A stretch of 63,402 nt of DNA, filler included, from Octopus bimaculoides (GCF_001194135.2; 6 parts of 5 records of this genome joined end to end with filler, not necessarily neighbours in it), one strand, 5' to 3'; counted from the first letter of the whole stretch, positions 1 to 13,028 are shown. Program-made: numbers and translations. The notes: generated by a model not told the origin, from the sequence alone.

Positions 1-49
1 CTCTCTCTCTCTCTCTCTCTCATACACACGAACACACACACGAACACAC

Positions 50-300
50 AAAATAGAGAGTGAAGCTTTTTGCGGTTGTTACGTCAATACCGGAAGTTGA
101 CTTTGAGGAACCTTTTTAAAGAAGTGAATCTTAAATATAAAGCAATATTATTTATTTTTAATTAAAAAAATCAAATGAAGAGCCTAAGATTTATCCGAGG
201 TCAAATTATTCATGCATTACAAGTATGGAAGCATTTGGTGAAGTCGATTTCACGTGAAAAGCGATTACACACACATCTCTGTTTTATATATAGTATAGAT
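50..300 (-). mobile_element. non-autonomous Helitron-like 5' end
   Basis: Reverse complement at ~300 reads ATCTATACTATATATAAAACAGAG, a Helitron-type 5' TC terminus as recalled. Other boundary uncertain. Confidence 0.4.
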
Positions 301-1289
301 AATACCAACTGCATGATAAAGTCATGTGAGACGCATATTCATTAGTAAAAACTTGTCCTCATCCACTCCCTAATAAATACAAGCCAAAGAGTTTGTAGTC
401 ATTCCTTGAAATACTTCAGATGGTATTCAGCCGGTGCTCATGATTGCTATGGACTGAAAAACTTTTGTACCTTCAAGATCATGAGCATGTTGCCATTAAA
501 TAACGATATAATGACGTGTTTCAGTGAATTATAACTACGTTGTTGACATTTAGCCCGTGCTATAGTAATCTTATTTTTATTCTTTTACCTTTATCCGTTT
601 GATAATTTCCTAGGTGTATAGACCAACACGGATTATGCCTAAGCAAAAATTCCCACCTATTCAGACATTTGTGTATACACAGTAGTTTTGTCAAGAAATC
701 ATAACATTGCATTTTCTTAAATACAAAGAATAAACTTTTGTTTGGCATAGGTTCAAATGCTTACAAAGAATCTAAATAAAGTAAATTAAGAGAAAAGAAA
801 AAAATGCATTTGGCAAAATTAAAAGTCGCACCGTTGAATTACACATTTAGAGATATTTGAGAAAAAATACTCTGTGATTTCTTTTTTATGTGAGAATGAA
901 AAGCAGATTGAATAGGTTTAGATAAAGTGAGAAAAAAAGAAGAAAAACACTGAGTGGCTATGTCACATTGTAAGAAAACAAATTTATTTCCTTATCTTTT
1001 CAACAGGTTTGAAAAAGAGCTCACTTGGTAAAATCTACCTACGTAAAAGCACATACACCATTTATTGATCATACAAAACCAAGACATAGAACACACAACA
1101 ATAATAGCATAGCATTAATTTGTTTTTTAAATATTTCTATAGAATATAACTGTAAGTGAAAATTCACATCTACAGAATAAGAGTATTTGAGGACAGATTT
1201 ATTAATTTGATATGATGTAGCAAAACCCAAATGTATTTTAATAACAATGTATGCACATGCTTTCGATAAGCTTTCATAAAATATTATCT

Positions 1290-2318
1290 TATGAATACGT
1301 ATTCAGCATCGATGACTGTGGGGCCGAAATCGTTGACATGCATGCGCTAAATGGTTTATTCATTTCGAGCATCTGGACAATAGCGGTTTTCAGAAAGTGA
1401 TGGTGTGGTGAGGATGTCGAATTGCTTTCTCTTGAACAAAAGTACAAACCTATTGTGTCGATGCCCCCAAGCGAGATAGTAGGATCGCCCAAGACATATA
1501 AATAGAGGTAGTCTAGCTGTGATAGAAGAGTTGAGTGACAGTTGAGTAGCTGTTGAGTAGCAGTCGAGTAGCAGTCGAGTAGAGATCATCCGAAGGTGCT
1601 AGATAGCAGTAGCTTGAGACATAACAAAAACTCATAACTGAAACGTCCAGGGAGTACAAATCTGGCGAATTTGGAGGTTACATGACTGGTGTTACATAAT
1701 CGTAAAGATTGCCTGGCGTCCATTCCTGTATTAACTTGGCTTTGTGAGAAGGCATTGCTCAGTGTACGTCATGCATCCAAGGCTAAACAACTGTCTCCTG
1801 CACCTAGACATGCCAAGCAGTATTTATTATAAGACTCTGTGGAAAGATATGAGGTGGCATGACATGACAGTCATTACTCACCACTCCTAAAGCTGAAAAG
1901 TTTGTATTCATAATTCTGGGGGATATCAGAAGGTTCTCTTCGTAACCATCTCTAATTTCTCCTGTTGGTCTTCATTAAAGATTCTCTCATCGGGTTTTTT
2001 TGATCTTGCAAAGTAAACACTTGGAACCCATCAAAAAGTCCCCCTGTGTTATTGCAGACAAGAATCGACTTTCCGCGATCATCATCTGAAATGTTTTAAA
2101 TCTGTCGGATGTATTGTGGTCTCCTTATACTGGGCAAACCTTTAGAAAGTTTTCTTTTTCTTTGATACAGTTGAAACATATCCACCAGGTGCTTCCAGTT
2201 CCATCCGAACTTTTCGAACAAAACATTTTGCAGCATTTCGAAAGTAAACATCTTAATAGCTGTGTTCCGCACATATGGTAACAATGACTGTATGTATTTT
2301 CATTTCTTGTGGGAACAT
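1290..2318 (-). pseudogene. degenerate Tc1/mariner transposase (maT/Bmmar1-like), split by an insertion
   Basis: Minus-strand translation, with stops and frameshifts, gives MFPQEMKIHTVIV..., GVVSNDCHVMPPHIFPQ, AMPSHKAKLIQEW, PPNSPDLYSLD, and a C-terminus RESN..PHH..LKTAIVQM. Confidence 0.85.
1454..1644 (+). mobile_element. ~190-bp insertion inside the transposase, solo-LTR-like
   Basis: Interrupts the LD|YYVWG motif. Begins TGTG and contains TATAAATAG and 10-bp GTTGAGTAGC/GTCGAGTAGC tandem units. No terminal CA or clear TSD. Confidence 0.35.
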
Positions 2319-3395
2319 TTTGTCTGCGATTGGGACCTGATAGAAATAAAAACTTTTGAATTGCTTTGAAGAGTGCAATATACTAATAATTTTGTGATTT
2401 GGAATATCCCTCTAACACTTTCGATACAAATTTATAATATAAATCCCATACGCATTTGATTTAATGTGAAATATGTAATTATATTTACATACCTCATAAA
2501 GTTTTTAATATCTGTTGTCTTGAAACATATTTTTATAAGCAGTGTAGAGGAATGTAATGGTTGTTGAATGTTAAACATTTGAAAACAAAATGAGAACTTC
2601 TAAAGTTTTATATACATACATAATACATACATACATACACACATACACGTATATATAATTCTATTCGCACATTTCATTTAAATTAAACAAATAACACCAT
2701 GTGTTCCTCTCCTTTTTGTGCATACGTATCCTGTCGGCTGAATACGAGGTAGAACAACTGTTGTGCTGTTGCAGCTTACTGAGGCAGGAACACATGTCAA
2801 CAGTACTCTTCTTGCCTCTCAGATAATCAAATAGCATTTCTCTTCATGGTATCAATTTTGGAGAATTTGTCATCTCTCCTTACCATCTAGAGTTGCTCCG
2901 AGATGTCACCAAGCACCAAGCGACTATGTTACTTTCTCTAGAAGGGGAGACAATTTCAGAAAGTCGAGAATATTTGATAATGGTATTTATTTGATTTCGT
3001 TGTTCAGATATACACTCATGGCAACTTTGAATTATTTTGCTTTACTCATTTTGTTATACATACATTCAATCATACATACATACATACATTACATACATGC
3101 ATACATACATACATACCTAAAGATACATACATACCTAAAGATGTCGCACGACTCTACCGCAGCGTATCATCAGATGAAAGGTTCAGCCTTTCATCCTTTT
3201 GGGGTCGATAAATTAAGTACCAATTGCATACTGGGGTCGATCTAATCGACTGACTCCCTCTTCAAAAATATATATCGATACTGCACGTGTGTGTGTGTGT
3301 GTGTGTGTGTTTGTATATATACATACATGCATATGTGTCTAATTGTAATATGAATGTATAGATGTACACACACTCACACACACTCCTATATATAT

Positions 3396-3426
<31 letters not shown>

Positions 3427-4659
3427 CACTATATTGAAAATGTAACAAAGTATCACTTTCCAAGCTTCTCTCCTTATTCTTCTTCACTAAGAAATTTGGA
3501 AACAAATTTACCATTTCGTATGTATTTTATGGAGCATATTTGGTCATATGTTTTGCAATGGAATGAAAAAGCACCTAGTTCCTATGAATATTGAACAGTT
3601 TACAATAGCAATGCCAAGAGGCAGTACCATTACTTAACAGTTAAATAAATTGAATCTACAGATATAAGCAGACTCTTTGTTCAATTACTAAATTTTCACT
3701 AGCGTTTAAAATGTTGTAAAACATTTTTATCGTCAATCTTGCATTGCAGCCACATGACAAAATAGATTAGTTTTTCAAAAAATAGGAAAATATGCAAATA
3801 TTTTTCTTCTCATTATGGAAAATAATGAATTGGTTTTTGTTTCCTTTTCATGAAAAAAATATGTTTGTATTATTATCCATCACTTTCAAAAGTTACCAGT
3901 TCTTTATTATGCATTTTTAATTTCATAGATAGCCCCGAGACTCTCGTGGGAGAAGAGAAATCTGTAAAATAGGTTTCTGTTTTATGAACGCTTTTAATGT
4001 TTGACTGTTCGTTGAGATGATATAATACATCAACAAGTTATTAATTTTAAAAATACTATTACCAAAGGAATACTATGCAGTTAATGAAACGTTCAGAAAA
4101 TTATTAAGTTATAAAACCAGATACAACGTTACAAAATAAATTCTAAACTCCGACTGTAGAGATTAAATAATGTTGAGATTAAATAATATACTGACAAAGC
4201 ATAAGGGCAAATTCTACATAGAGCTGTTTAATAAAAGATATCAGACGTACAACACGTTTCAGGAGCATCGTTCGCATGTATACCCAAAATGTTTACGTTG
4301 TTCATGTGTCTAAACGGTAAATATCATTATTTATTCTTATTATCAGGAGGAACATGTGTAAAATATGCCTGTGTAACTATTAAATATTACTTACTCTGTA
4401 CATTATTGTTCTTAGTGGGGCTTTTAACGAATTATTTTTCTTTTTTCTCTACCTTTTGCTTGTTTAAGTCAGCAAACTGTGGCCATGCTGGAGCATCGCG
4501 TTGAAGAACTTTCAATCGAATGAATCGACCCAAGTACTTATTTAGTTTTTAAAGCCTGGTACTAAGTTACGGGAGCATAAACACACCAACACCGGTTGTC
4601 AAGCAGTGGACAAACACAAGCACACACACAAACATATGCATGCATGTATATATATATAT

Positions 4660-5092
4660 AGTCAATCCAAACAACAACAAGCAAGAAAAAAACAACGCGA
4701 GGACGTGGAACAAGTACTGTGTTATTGGACACTCAGGAAAGGAAAGAAAAGAAAGAAGATTTCACGTTTCGAGCGCAGCTCTTCATCAGAAATATAGAAA
4801 AAGTCCAAAGAAGGGAAGACGGACAAAGAAAATCGCCAACGATACACAAGCGGTCACATATTGAAATGACCGGAAGGGAATGGGTGAAGAAAAAGTTCTT
4901 TCTAAGACAAGAGAGTGCAAGAGAAGGAGGTATGTGTGTGTATGTGAGGGTATGTGCGTACGCGGTGGTTTGTGTATGTGTGTGTGTAATGATAGTTCGT
5001 ATAGGTGCATGTGTGTGTGTGGTTGTGGCTGTTTATGTATGTGTGTGGTTGGACTTTGTGTCGCTTAATGTCGTATGCATGCATTCGTATAT
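4660..5092 (-). mobile_element. Penelope-type pLTR fragment (family H) inserted in the (TA)n of a SINE; related copies at 28938-29200 and 40141-40182
   Basis: Shared aaacaacaaag(c/t)gaggacgtg...ggac(a/g)ctcaggaaagg motif; carries a CTGATGA...CGAAACGT hammerhead core on the minus strand. Confidence 0.6.
4759..4793 (-). ncRNA. minimal hammerhead ribozyme, probably inactive (GUG at the cleavage site)
   Basis: ATTT-CTGATGA-A-GAGC-TGC-GCTC-GAAAC-GT-G-AAAT; palindromic ACGT helix III. Confidence 0.55.
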
Positions 5093-5804
5093 ATATACAT
5101 ACGACTGGCTTCTTTCAGTTTCCCTCTACTAAATTAACTCACAAGTGTTTGGGTAGCTTGAGCCTATAGTAAAAGACACTTGCACGCACTGGGACTGAAC
5201 TTCAAACCATGTGCTTGGGAAGCAAACTTCTTACCACACAGCCACGCCGTTTGCGCCTTATCATGATTCTTGTTTATCTCGTTCTCTTGTTTTGAAAGAA
5301 TCGTTAAATCATTGATGAAAATGGCTTACGGTACCTGATTCGTCTCATTCCATTCTGGGTTAAAATGGCACAGCGGTCAGATTTGCCTTTCACCTAACCG
5401 CGGATTATAAGTTTGCGCGGGAAACTTGCAAGAGACAAGGACCAAGTGTTTATTGACCAAGTGTTTATTGAGACAAGGACCAAATGTTTATCGAGCGAAA
5501 GCACCCAAATCTCCACGAGGCTCCGACAGGGAGTGATGGCGAACCCTGCTGTACTCTTTTTCACCACAGCTTTCACTCACTCTTTCTTCCTGCTTCTGTT
5601 GTACCTGTATTTCAAAGGGCCAGCCTTGTCACAATCTGTGTCACGCTGAATCTCCCCGAGAACTACATTAAGGGTATACGTGTCTGTGGAGTGCTCAGCC
5701 ACTCGCACGTTAATTCCACGAGCAGGCTGTTCCGTTGATTGGATTAACTGGAACCCTCGCCGAGGCAACCGACGGAGTGGCATGTTTTATTCTATTAAAT
5801 AAAT

Positions 5805-6800
5805 TAAGGCGTTTGCACGACAGAGAAAATACTTAGCGGGATTTCTTCCGTCTTTACGTTCATATACCGCCGAGGTCAGCTTTGCCTTTCATCCTTTCGG
5901 GGTCAAAGAACTAAGTACCAATCGAACACTGGGATCGATGTAATCGTCTTCTCCTTCCATCAATAACTGCTGGTCCCTATCCCAAAGTTTGATTATATAA
6001 ATTGTAAGCCGAATCTCATAATGATTTCTTTGGTATGTCCGTGTATTGACAGCTTAACACAAATTGGTAGAATTGTTAGAGCTTCCGATAAAATGGAATT
6101 CCGTATCTGTTGCAGCTCTTAACGTCATGAGTTCAAATCCCGCCAAGGTCAACTTTACCATTTTTTTTCTCCCGAGTTGATAAAACAGTATGTCAGTCAA
6201 CTAATGGAATTGATGATATATGCTAACCCCTATCCCCTACAAATTTGTTGGTCTTCTGCCCATGTTATTATTACTACTATTGCTGCTGTTACTGCTGTTG
6301 CCGTTGGATTGGTAGACTCGATAGAACGTCGAGCAAAATACCTTGGAGCATTGAGTCAGCAAGCTAGCAAAATTGTTAACACGCCTAGCAAAACGCTTAG
6401 CGACATTTCGTCCGTTTTTACATTCTGAGTTCAAAATCCACCGAGGTCGAATTTGCTTTTTATCCTTTCGAGGTTGATAAAATAACTACCAGTTGAGCGC
6501 TGGGACCCACATAAACAATTTACTCACTTCCGCGAAAATGCTGGCCTTGTACCAAAATTTGAAACCAAACTGCTTTAAAGCATATTTTTTTGTTCCATAT
6601 GTGTCGAGTTTAAAACCGTCAGAGGTCTAACTTGGCTGTCATCCAAACGGGGTCGATAAATAAATAGCGATGTACTGAAGTAGATTTCATCGACTAAATC
6701 CGTGCTTGAGATTTTAGGCTTTGTGCTTATGCCAGAGAAATTGTTTTGATGCGGTGAACAGGCAGAGCCGTTAGAGCACCGAAAACATGTCTGCCGTATT
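5805..6800 (+). mobile_element. head-to-tail cluster of about five tRNA-derived SINE family A copies
   Basis: Repeated A box (tggcagaatcgttag-like), B box (gagttcaaat(t/c)c) and core tttgcctttcatcctttcggggtc...taagtacca. Confidence 0.85.
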
Positions 6801-6998
6801 TGTTCTGGTTCATTTAACTTCACAAATTGTGTTCGAATGTATTCATGCGCTCCTTTAATGATTTCTGGAGATATTTGATGTTAATAAACACCATTTTGAA
6901 TATATTCTTTTTCAAGTTCAAACTGAGCAATTTTTTTTTTGCTTTTGTATCTTGCTTGTGGCGAACTCTCATTGAATAATCCCAACTTCTTAGGGTCT

Positions 6999-7275
6999 TG
7001 TGAAGGCACGTGGCTTCGTGGTTAGTGTTCTCGACTCACGATTGCAAAGTGATGCGTTGTGTCCTTGAGCGAGACACTTTATTTCACTTTATACCTGTAA
7101 TTCAAAGAGGCCAGCTATGTCACATTCTGTGTTTCACCCTGAATCACCCTGAGAATTATGTTAAAGGTACGCGTGTCTGCAGAGCGCTCATCCACTTGTA
7201 CTTTAATTTCACGAACAGATTGTACCATTGATCAGTTCAACCGGAACCGTCATCGTCAAAATCATCGGAGTGCCA
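6999..7275 (+). mobile_element. SINE, head C + tail X; second copy at 44128-44413 (-)
   Basis: Head C segment ccttgagcgagacactttatttcac joined to the tail of the 16637 element. Confidence 0.8.
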
Positions 7276-7509
7276 GTGAGTCATTGAGGATCCGTGGCAC
7301 TAAGGATGCTTAATTTTGACCATCACCTGTTTGTTTAATTCAAAGTTCGTGGTAGATCTATAATCTATTTTTTTTTGGTTTGCCTTTTATTTTCTTGAAG
7401 AGGAATTACATTATCGTTTAGAATCAATTGTTTCTTCTCATCTGTCTCCTTTGTGGTATAATTGATTTTTTTTTTCTTGTCCACTTTTCGCTTAATATCT
7501 TCATTTGTA

Positions 7510-7712
7510 AAGGAGTGGGGGCTGGCAAAAATGCTTAGCAGTATTTCGTCCGTCTTTACGCTCTGAGTTCAAATTCCGTCGAGTTCGACTTTGCCTTTCA
7601 TCCTTCGGGGTCGATAAATTAAGTACCAGTTGCGTACGGGCTCGATCTAATCGACTGGCGCCCCTCCCCGAAAATTTCGGGCCTTGTGCCTAGAGTGGAA
7701 AAGAATATTTTC
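7510..7712 (+). mobile_element. SINE family A (other plus copies: 3183-3270, 17912-18131, 39318-39450)
   Basis: Pol III boxes, core ctttgcctttcatccttcggggtcgataaattaagtaccag and tail gggccttgtgcctagag. Confidence 0.88.
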
Positions 7713-7833
7713 ATTCGTAATTTTTTCTTCATCGCACGAATAAGATGCATTGCTACGTGTTATGGCGAGGTTTTTGCTAATGTATTTGTGATACTGGATT
7801 CAACTATTATATCCTTCGCTTCCCCTTCACTTT

Positions 7834-8170
7834 TGTGAAGGCGCATGGCTCAGTAGTTAGAGCGTCGAGCTTACGATCGTGAGGTTGTGAGTTCAAATCC
7901 CGGACCGGGCTGCGTGTTGTGTTCTTGAGCAAGACACTTTATTTCACATTGCTCCAGTTCACTCAGCTGTAGAAATGAGGTGTGATGTCACCGGTGCCAA
8001 GCTGTATTGTCCTTTGCCTTTCCCTTGGATAACACTGGTGGCGTGGAGAGTGGAAGCCGGTATGCATGGGCGTCTGCTGGTCTTCCATAGAACAACCTCG
8101 CCCGGACTTGTGCCTGGGAGGGTAACTTTCTAGGTGCAATCCCATGGTCAGTCATGACCGAAGGAGCTCT
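7834..8170 (+). mobile_element. SINE, head C + tail Z; second copy at 31591-31915
   Basis: gtgaaggcgcatggctcagtagttag...gttcaaatcccgg...ttcttgagcaagacactttatttcac...ggtgcaatcccatggtc. Confidence 0.88.
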
Positions 8171-9245
8171 CAGCTCCCCTTGACTTTTGACAGGTAGTGC
8201 TCCGCAAACTTATCCTTTTCCCTGTTGTTGTTGACCTTATTAGTCTTTTGAGTCGGCTCTTGGATGTGTTTTGCTCTGACAAATATAACAACAGGACACC
8301 TTACCCTGTATAATCCATCACATGAGCCTTGCCTCGGCGCTGCCTATTAAGCACCGTTATTTTAGAACTTTGTGGCTGTAACATAACAAAATAGGCATTC
8401 AAGTCAGATTGACACGAGAGCGTCATTATGACTTGAATGTCTACTTTCGTTGTTATTCGGTTGTGCGTTCAGTTTTAAACATACGACAAATAGTACCATA
8501 TCTTTTGGCTTTCTCAGTTGAAATGATTTCTCCCGATATATCTTGGTGAATTTATTGAACTCCATATCGTGAGGAATTAAGACAATCTTCATTATTTCAA
8601 ACATTCAATTCATAACCATATAACATTTTGTCTTCACTTTCAACCCAAATTATCTCCCGTGGCAATGCTGTTGGGCATTACAAATTTCTTCCATTTTCCT
8701 TGTAACGGTGGTCCAAGAATACTCTTTATTTGTCCTTTGAGCGTTGGGAGAAAAATTTGCTTTTACACAGCTGTTATATGGAAGGGGTGCAGTGTTAGGA
8801 ATTCTGTAAGAGTTACTACTGTTGGTATTACGGTTGCCATAGCTGACATTCTTTTTAATTTGTAAATTTGGGATTTTTTATTCTATAAATTGTTCGTTGT
8901 ATTGGTCATTTTCTTCTTATCTTTGTACACTCAGCTGTTTGTTTTGATTTTGCCAGGTTGTTTCGCTTTTTTTTTGAGGCACTGTTTTGTTTTCTCTTGT
9001 GACAACATCGTGAGTAATAGCAATTTGGGATGTCAAAATGTAATAAATGTATATAAAATGCTAAATATTTGTGAAGTTAACATATTTAATGTTGCCCCCA
9101 CTTGCAGGCCTCGATGGCAATCATTCATTCCTTAGATAATTATTGTATTTTTTTTTGCAAATATTCTAATGAAAATTTCGTTTGATAATGTTCGAATACG
9201 TGTTTTGAAGGAAAAATAAAGACGTCTCCACACTCTGTCAAATAA

Positions 9246-9326
<81 letters not shown>

Positions 9327-9741
9327 AATAATTTGCTCCGCGCTGAATAACAACATGGATGTGCTACATTGGGCTCTCCATTCAAAAAGGAAGCGGCCTT
9401 TTAACGGAAATAATCGCAAAAACGAAATTTTACTGCCATACAAAGCAGTTTTTCCTGTCCACGATGTCTCAGTGAAACATGTGCGAAAGACACATGCGGT
9501 CCTTTCTTTGACTTGAGAGACAGTACAAACCCCTGGTATACACAATATCTTCTTATTTCTTTATTGCCCACAGGGGGCTAAACATAGAGGAGACAAACAA
9601 GGACAGACAAAGGGGAAAAAAAGATAAATACAATCCCCTTAAGTACGAAATAGCTCGGTTATAGAAAAAGAAGGAGGTATATATGGCTTCGTATATTTGT
9701 ACCTCAGTGTCTCCTTGATGGCATGCACTGCTCTCTCACTC

Positions 9742-9801
<60 letters not shown>

Positions 9802-9803
<2 letters not shown>

Positions 9804-10195
9804 AGAAAAAAATGCTTTTTAATTGATGTATCAATACCAGCAGATGACAACGTTTCCCTAAAAGAAATGGAAAAACTTTCAAAATACAAAGACCTGGAAA
9901 TAAAGGTAACTCGAATGTGGAATCTAAAAACAGAAACAATTCCTATTATAATCGGTGTCTTAGGTATAATAAGAAAATATTCAGACAAATACATAACAAA
10001 AACACCAGGACTTACAAATATATATAACATACAGAAAATTGCACTACTGGGTACTGCACACATTCTACGCAAAACACTTTCAATACAGTAACCATAAGAG
10101 CATCACAGCAAACCACAGCACATACCCAAGGCACACAGAGCTGCGCTCGGTAGTGAAGTGAAAGCACGTTATAAAAAATGAAACTATTGAATAAT
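9802..10195 (+). mobile_element. 5'-truncated R4/Dong-like non-LTR retrotransposon (RLE endonuclease C-terminus + 3'UTR) within (TAA)n
   Basis: FLIDVSIPADDNVSLKEMEKLSKYKDLEI...IPIIIGVLG...QKIALLGTAHILRKTLSIQ*; (TAA)n on both sides. Confidence 0.85.
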
Positions 10196-10217
10196 AATAA
10201 TAACAATAATAATAATA

Positions 10218-10463
10218 TACCCTGATGTAGTCCCAGGGATTTTTTGAATGGGATACGCTTCTGTACCCGAAGAAAATTCTGACTGGGCCGCACCTGCAAG
10301 GTCATACGCTGTTTATCTTGATATGAGATCACCATGTCGTGCACATATGGTTGTGATGCATGTGCCTGGTGTACCCTTATCAGACGGGTAGTCATGATGG
10401 GTATATTGGGCTTCGTATATTTTACCCCCCAATGTCACTTTGAGGGCATGCACTGCTCTCTTA

Positions 10464-10468
<5 letters not shown>
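10218..10468 (+). mobile_element. unclassified retroelement 3' segment ending in (TAA)n; second 3' fragment at 9685-9741
   Basis: Both end ggcttcgtatattt...gatggcatgcactgctctc(t/c)act(c/g)aataataat and are flanked by (TAA)n. Confidence 0.6.
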
Positions 10469-10495
<27 letters not shown>

Positions 10496-10611
10496 AGGTC
10501 ACACGCCTTTACATCGATCCTAGTGTACCCTGAAAGAATGAAAGACAAAATCGACCGAGGCAGAATTTGAACTGAGAAACACCGCTAAACACTCTACTCA
10601 GCGCGGTAAAC

Positions 10612-11088
10612 GAAGAAGAAGAAGAAGAAGAAGAAGAAGAAGAAGAAGAAGAAGAAGAAGAAGAAGAAGAAGAAGAAGAAGAAGACGAAGAAGAAGAAGA
10701 AGAAGAAGAAGAAGAAGAAGAAGAAGAAGAAGAAGAAGAAGAAGAAGAAGACGAAGAAGNNNNNNNNNNNNNNNNNNNNNNNNNNNNNNNNNNNNNNNNN
10801 NNNNNNNNNNNNNNNNNNNNNNNNNNNNNNNNNNNNNNNNNNNNNNNNNNNNNNNNNNNNNNNNNNNNNNNNNNNNNNNNNNNNNNNNNNNNNNNNNNNN
10901 NNNNNNNNNNNNNNNNNNNNNNNNNNNNNNNNNNNNNNNNNNNNNNNNNNNNNNNNNNNNNNNNNNNNNNNNNNNNNNNNNNNNNNNNNNNNNNNNNNNN
11001 NNNNNNNNNNNNNNNNNNNNNNNNNNNNNNNNNNNNNNNNNNGAAGAAGAAGAAGAAGAAGAAGAAGAAGAAGAAGAAGAAGAAGAAG
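10612..11088 (+). repeat. (GAA)n array spanning a gap
   Basis: Direct reading. Confidence 0.95.
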
Positions 11089-11759
11089 ATTTGTTTTCTT
11101 AAATTTGCCATTGCTAAAAATAAATGCATTCGTTTTTTGTTATTTTTTGTACAATTTTATAAAGATATTTTCTTTTCATTTTTGATAATTTATGAAGCAA
11201 ACAGCTGCATTTACTCCAAATATTTCAATCCTGCGCTTAAAAAGAAATCAGTCGTTGAGATTATTTATATGTTCGTGATGTTGAAGCGTGATGCCAAAGC
11301 ATTTTACCTTGTAACGTATTGGGAAAATAATTTAGAATTACATCTCTCTATACTGAATGGCCTTGAATTTAAGTTGCCAATGTTATTATATTTCATATTC
11401 TGGATAATTTACTCTTAACATTTTAATACTTTACTTTTAATACTCATTAAGGAAAATATCGTATATAAATTGTCGTTTAGAAATAGCTTTCTATGAGTTT
11501 AGTTCAACAGTTCTTTGAATGAATCACTACATTGCTCACAGCATATTAACGTCTCCTATGAAGTGTTCACATGCATAATGAAATATCTGCTACATTTTAT
11601 TGCAATACAAGGTTTCAAATTTACAAGAATGATAAAAATGATTAAGCCGACACTAGCTTTATACTGTTAGAAAAGTGAATTTTCATAGAGTTAACCCATT
11701 GAATGATAGGGTGACAAAATATGTTTACACTCTTTTACACTTGTACTTAAAGGAAAGAA

Positions 11760-12126
11760 ATCGACGCATAGACAACGTGTTTAATTTTATTCGTCCTTAG
11801 TCGAAAAGCATCTGTTGTTATGTCCCTTTATTATTCCTACTGTATTTGTGTAACATCGTTCGTTTTTTTTTTTTCGTCCTTGTTTTTGTATACATTCGAT
11901 GCTTTCTTCCAAGGAATCTAATGCTCTTAGCTTAGTTTTTCCTTGGGACTGGCCAGATTGGAGCAATATCGAGAATAACCAGCCGAAATTGCAAAGATAA
12001 TCTGGATCTCGACTGAAGAGAGAAAACTCCGAATGACCTGCCCGTGTTTTCTTTGTATCGTCTATCTGGATGTTTTGTCCCTTTCTTGTATCACCTGTCT
12101 GGATGTTTTGTGTTCTTGTCCCATTC
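11760..12126 (+). mobile_element. Penelope-like repeat (family G); its 3' end recurs inverted at 24417-24480
   Basis: atgttttgtccctttcttgtatcacc...gttcttgtcccattc matches the reverse complement of 24417-24480; both lie next to (TA)n tracts. Confidence 0.45.
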
Positions 12127-12791
12127 NNNNNNNNNNNNNNNNNNNNNNNNNNNNNNNNNNNNNNNNNNNNNNNNNNNNNNNNNNNNNNNNNNNNNNNNNA
12201 TATATATATATATATATATATAGCGGCGTACGTACACCTTGTCTCTTATATATATAGCAATATTTAAGAATTGTCGAAGTCTAATCAAGTTATCTATGAA
12301 GAAAACCAAACAATTCCAAAGCAAGCAATCCTCACAGACTATCAATCCACAAACACTCTACTTAGCAAAAATAAAGGGCAACCCAGGATAACAAGATACA
12401 AGAACTTTACAATCGCGCATAACATATCTGCCCGAACGGGCAGATATGTTCTTTATTATTTTTTACGTTAACTCCGAGAGAGAATTGAAAATAACGGTGT
12501 GTATATCTTTTGTAACATGTTACAGCAGATTTGGATGTGTTTGTGTTTATAATTTGGAGTTCATCTTCAGAGAACAACTTATCCTTTTAGGTGATGTACG
12601 TTGACAGAACATATGTTTCAGTAACGTACCTGACTTTGAAACACCAGCGTTTCGCCACAAATGTATTTCTTCAATGAGAAACACCGCCCAGAATACTGAA
12701 ACTAGAACAAGATGCACGGTCATGCTTATGGAAATTAGCAAACAAAATATTTACTAATGCACTATAAAGCCTGTCAAACTGTTATTAAATT

Positions 12792-13028
12792 ATTTATTTC
12801 TTTATTGCACACAGGGGGCTAAACATAGAGGGGACAAACAAGGACAGACAAAGAGATTAAGTCGATTACATCGACTTCATTGCCTAACTGGTACTTTTTT
12901 AATCGACCCTGAAAGGATGAAAGGCAAAGTCGACATCGGCGGAATTTGAACTCAGAATGTAACGGCAGACGAAATACCGCTAAGCATTTCGCGCGGCGTG
13001 CTAACAATTCTACCAGCTCACCGCCCTG
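12792..13028 (-). mobile_element. SINE family A with an alternative 3' tail (tail also at 9556-9615); partial minus copies at 10505-10612 and 18575-18680
   Basis: Family A head and core, but ends tttgtctgtccttgtttgtcccctctatgtttagccccctg. Confidence 0.85.

Larger units (their letters stand above)
4432..5228 (-). mobile_element. SINE family B split by the pLTR insertion; other copies at 21910-22460 (mixed orientation), 32226-32280, 43722-44110 (-), 54975-55285 (+), 60255-60540 (-)
   Basis: Matches 17452-17860 by eye. Confidence 0.85.

Noticed and set aside
614-700. Plus-strand acceptor followed by VYRPTRIMPKQKFPPIQTFVYTQ*; similar acceptor- or donor-flanked pieces at ~1007, ~3930, ~19050, ~19840, ~40930
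   Set aside because: No recognisable protein similarity and no paired exons; cannot be supported from sequence alone.
4235-4270. Minus-strand GAAAC-GT-GTTGT-AC-GTC resembling the 3' half of a hammerhead
   Set aside because: No CTGANGA box or helix I partner found upstream.
8380-9130. Minus-strand A-rich degenerate ORF-like region, possibly a Penelope N-terminus
   Set aside because: No diagnostic motif recognised, so left unclassified.
12011-12040. CTGAAGA-GAG-AAAA-CTC-CGAAT in family G
   Set aside because: Second box is GAAT rather than GAAA, and helices I and III do not pair.
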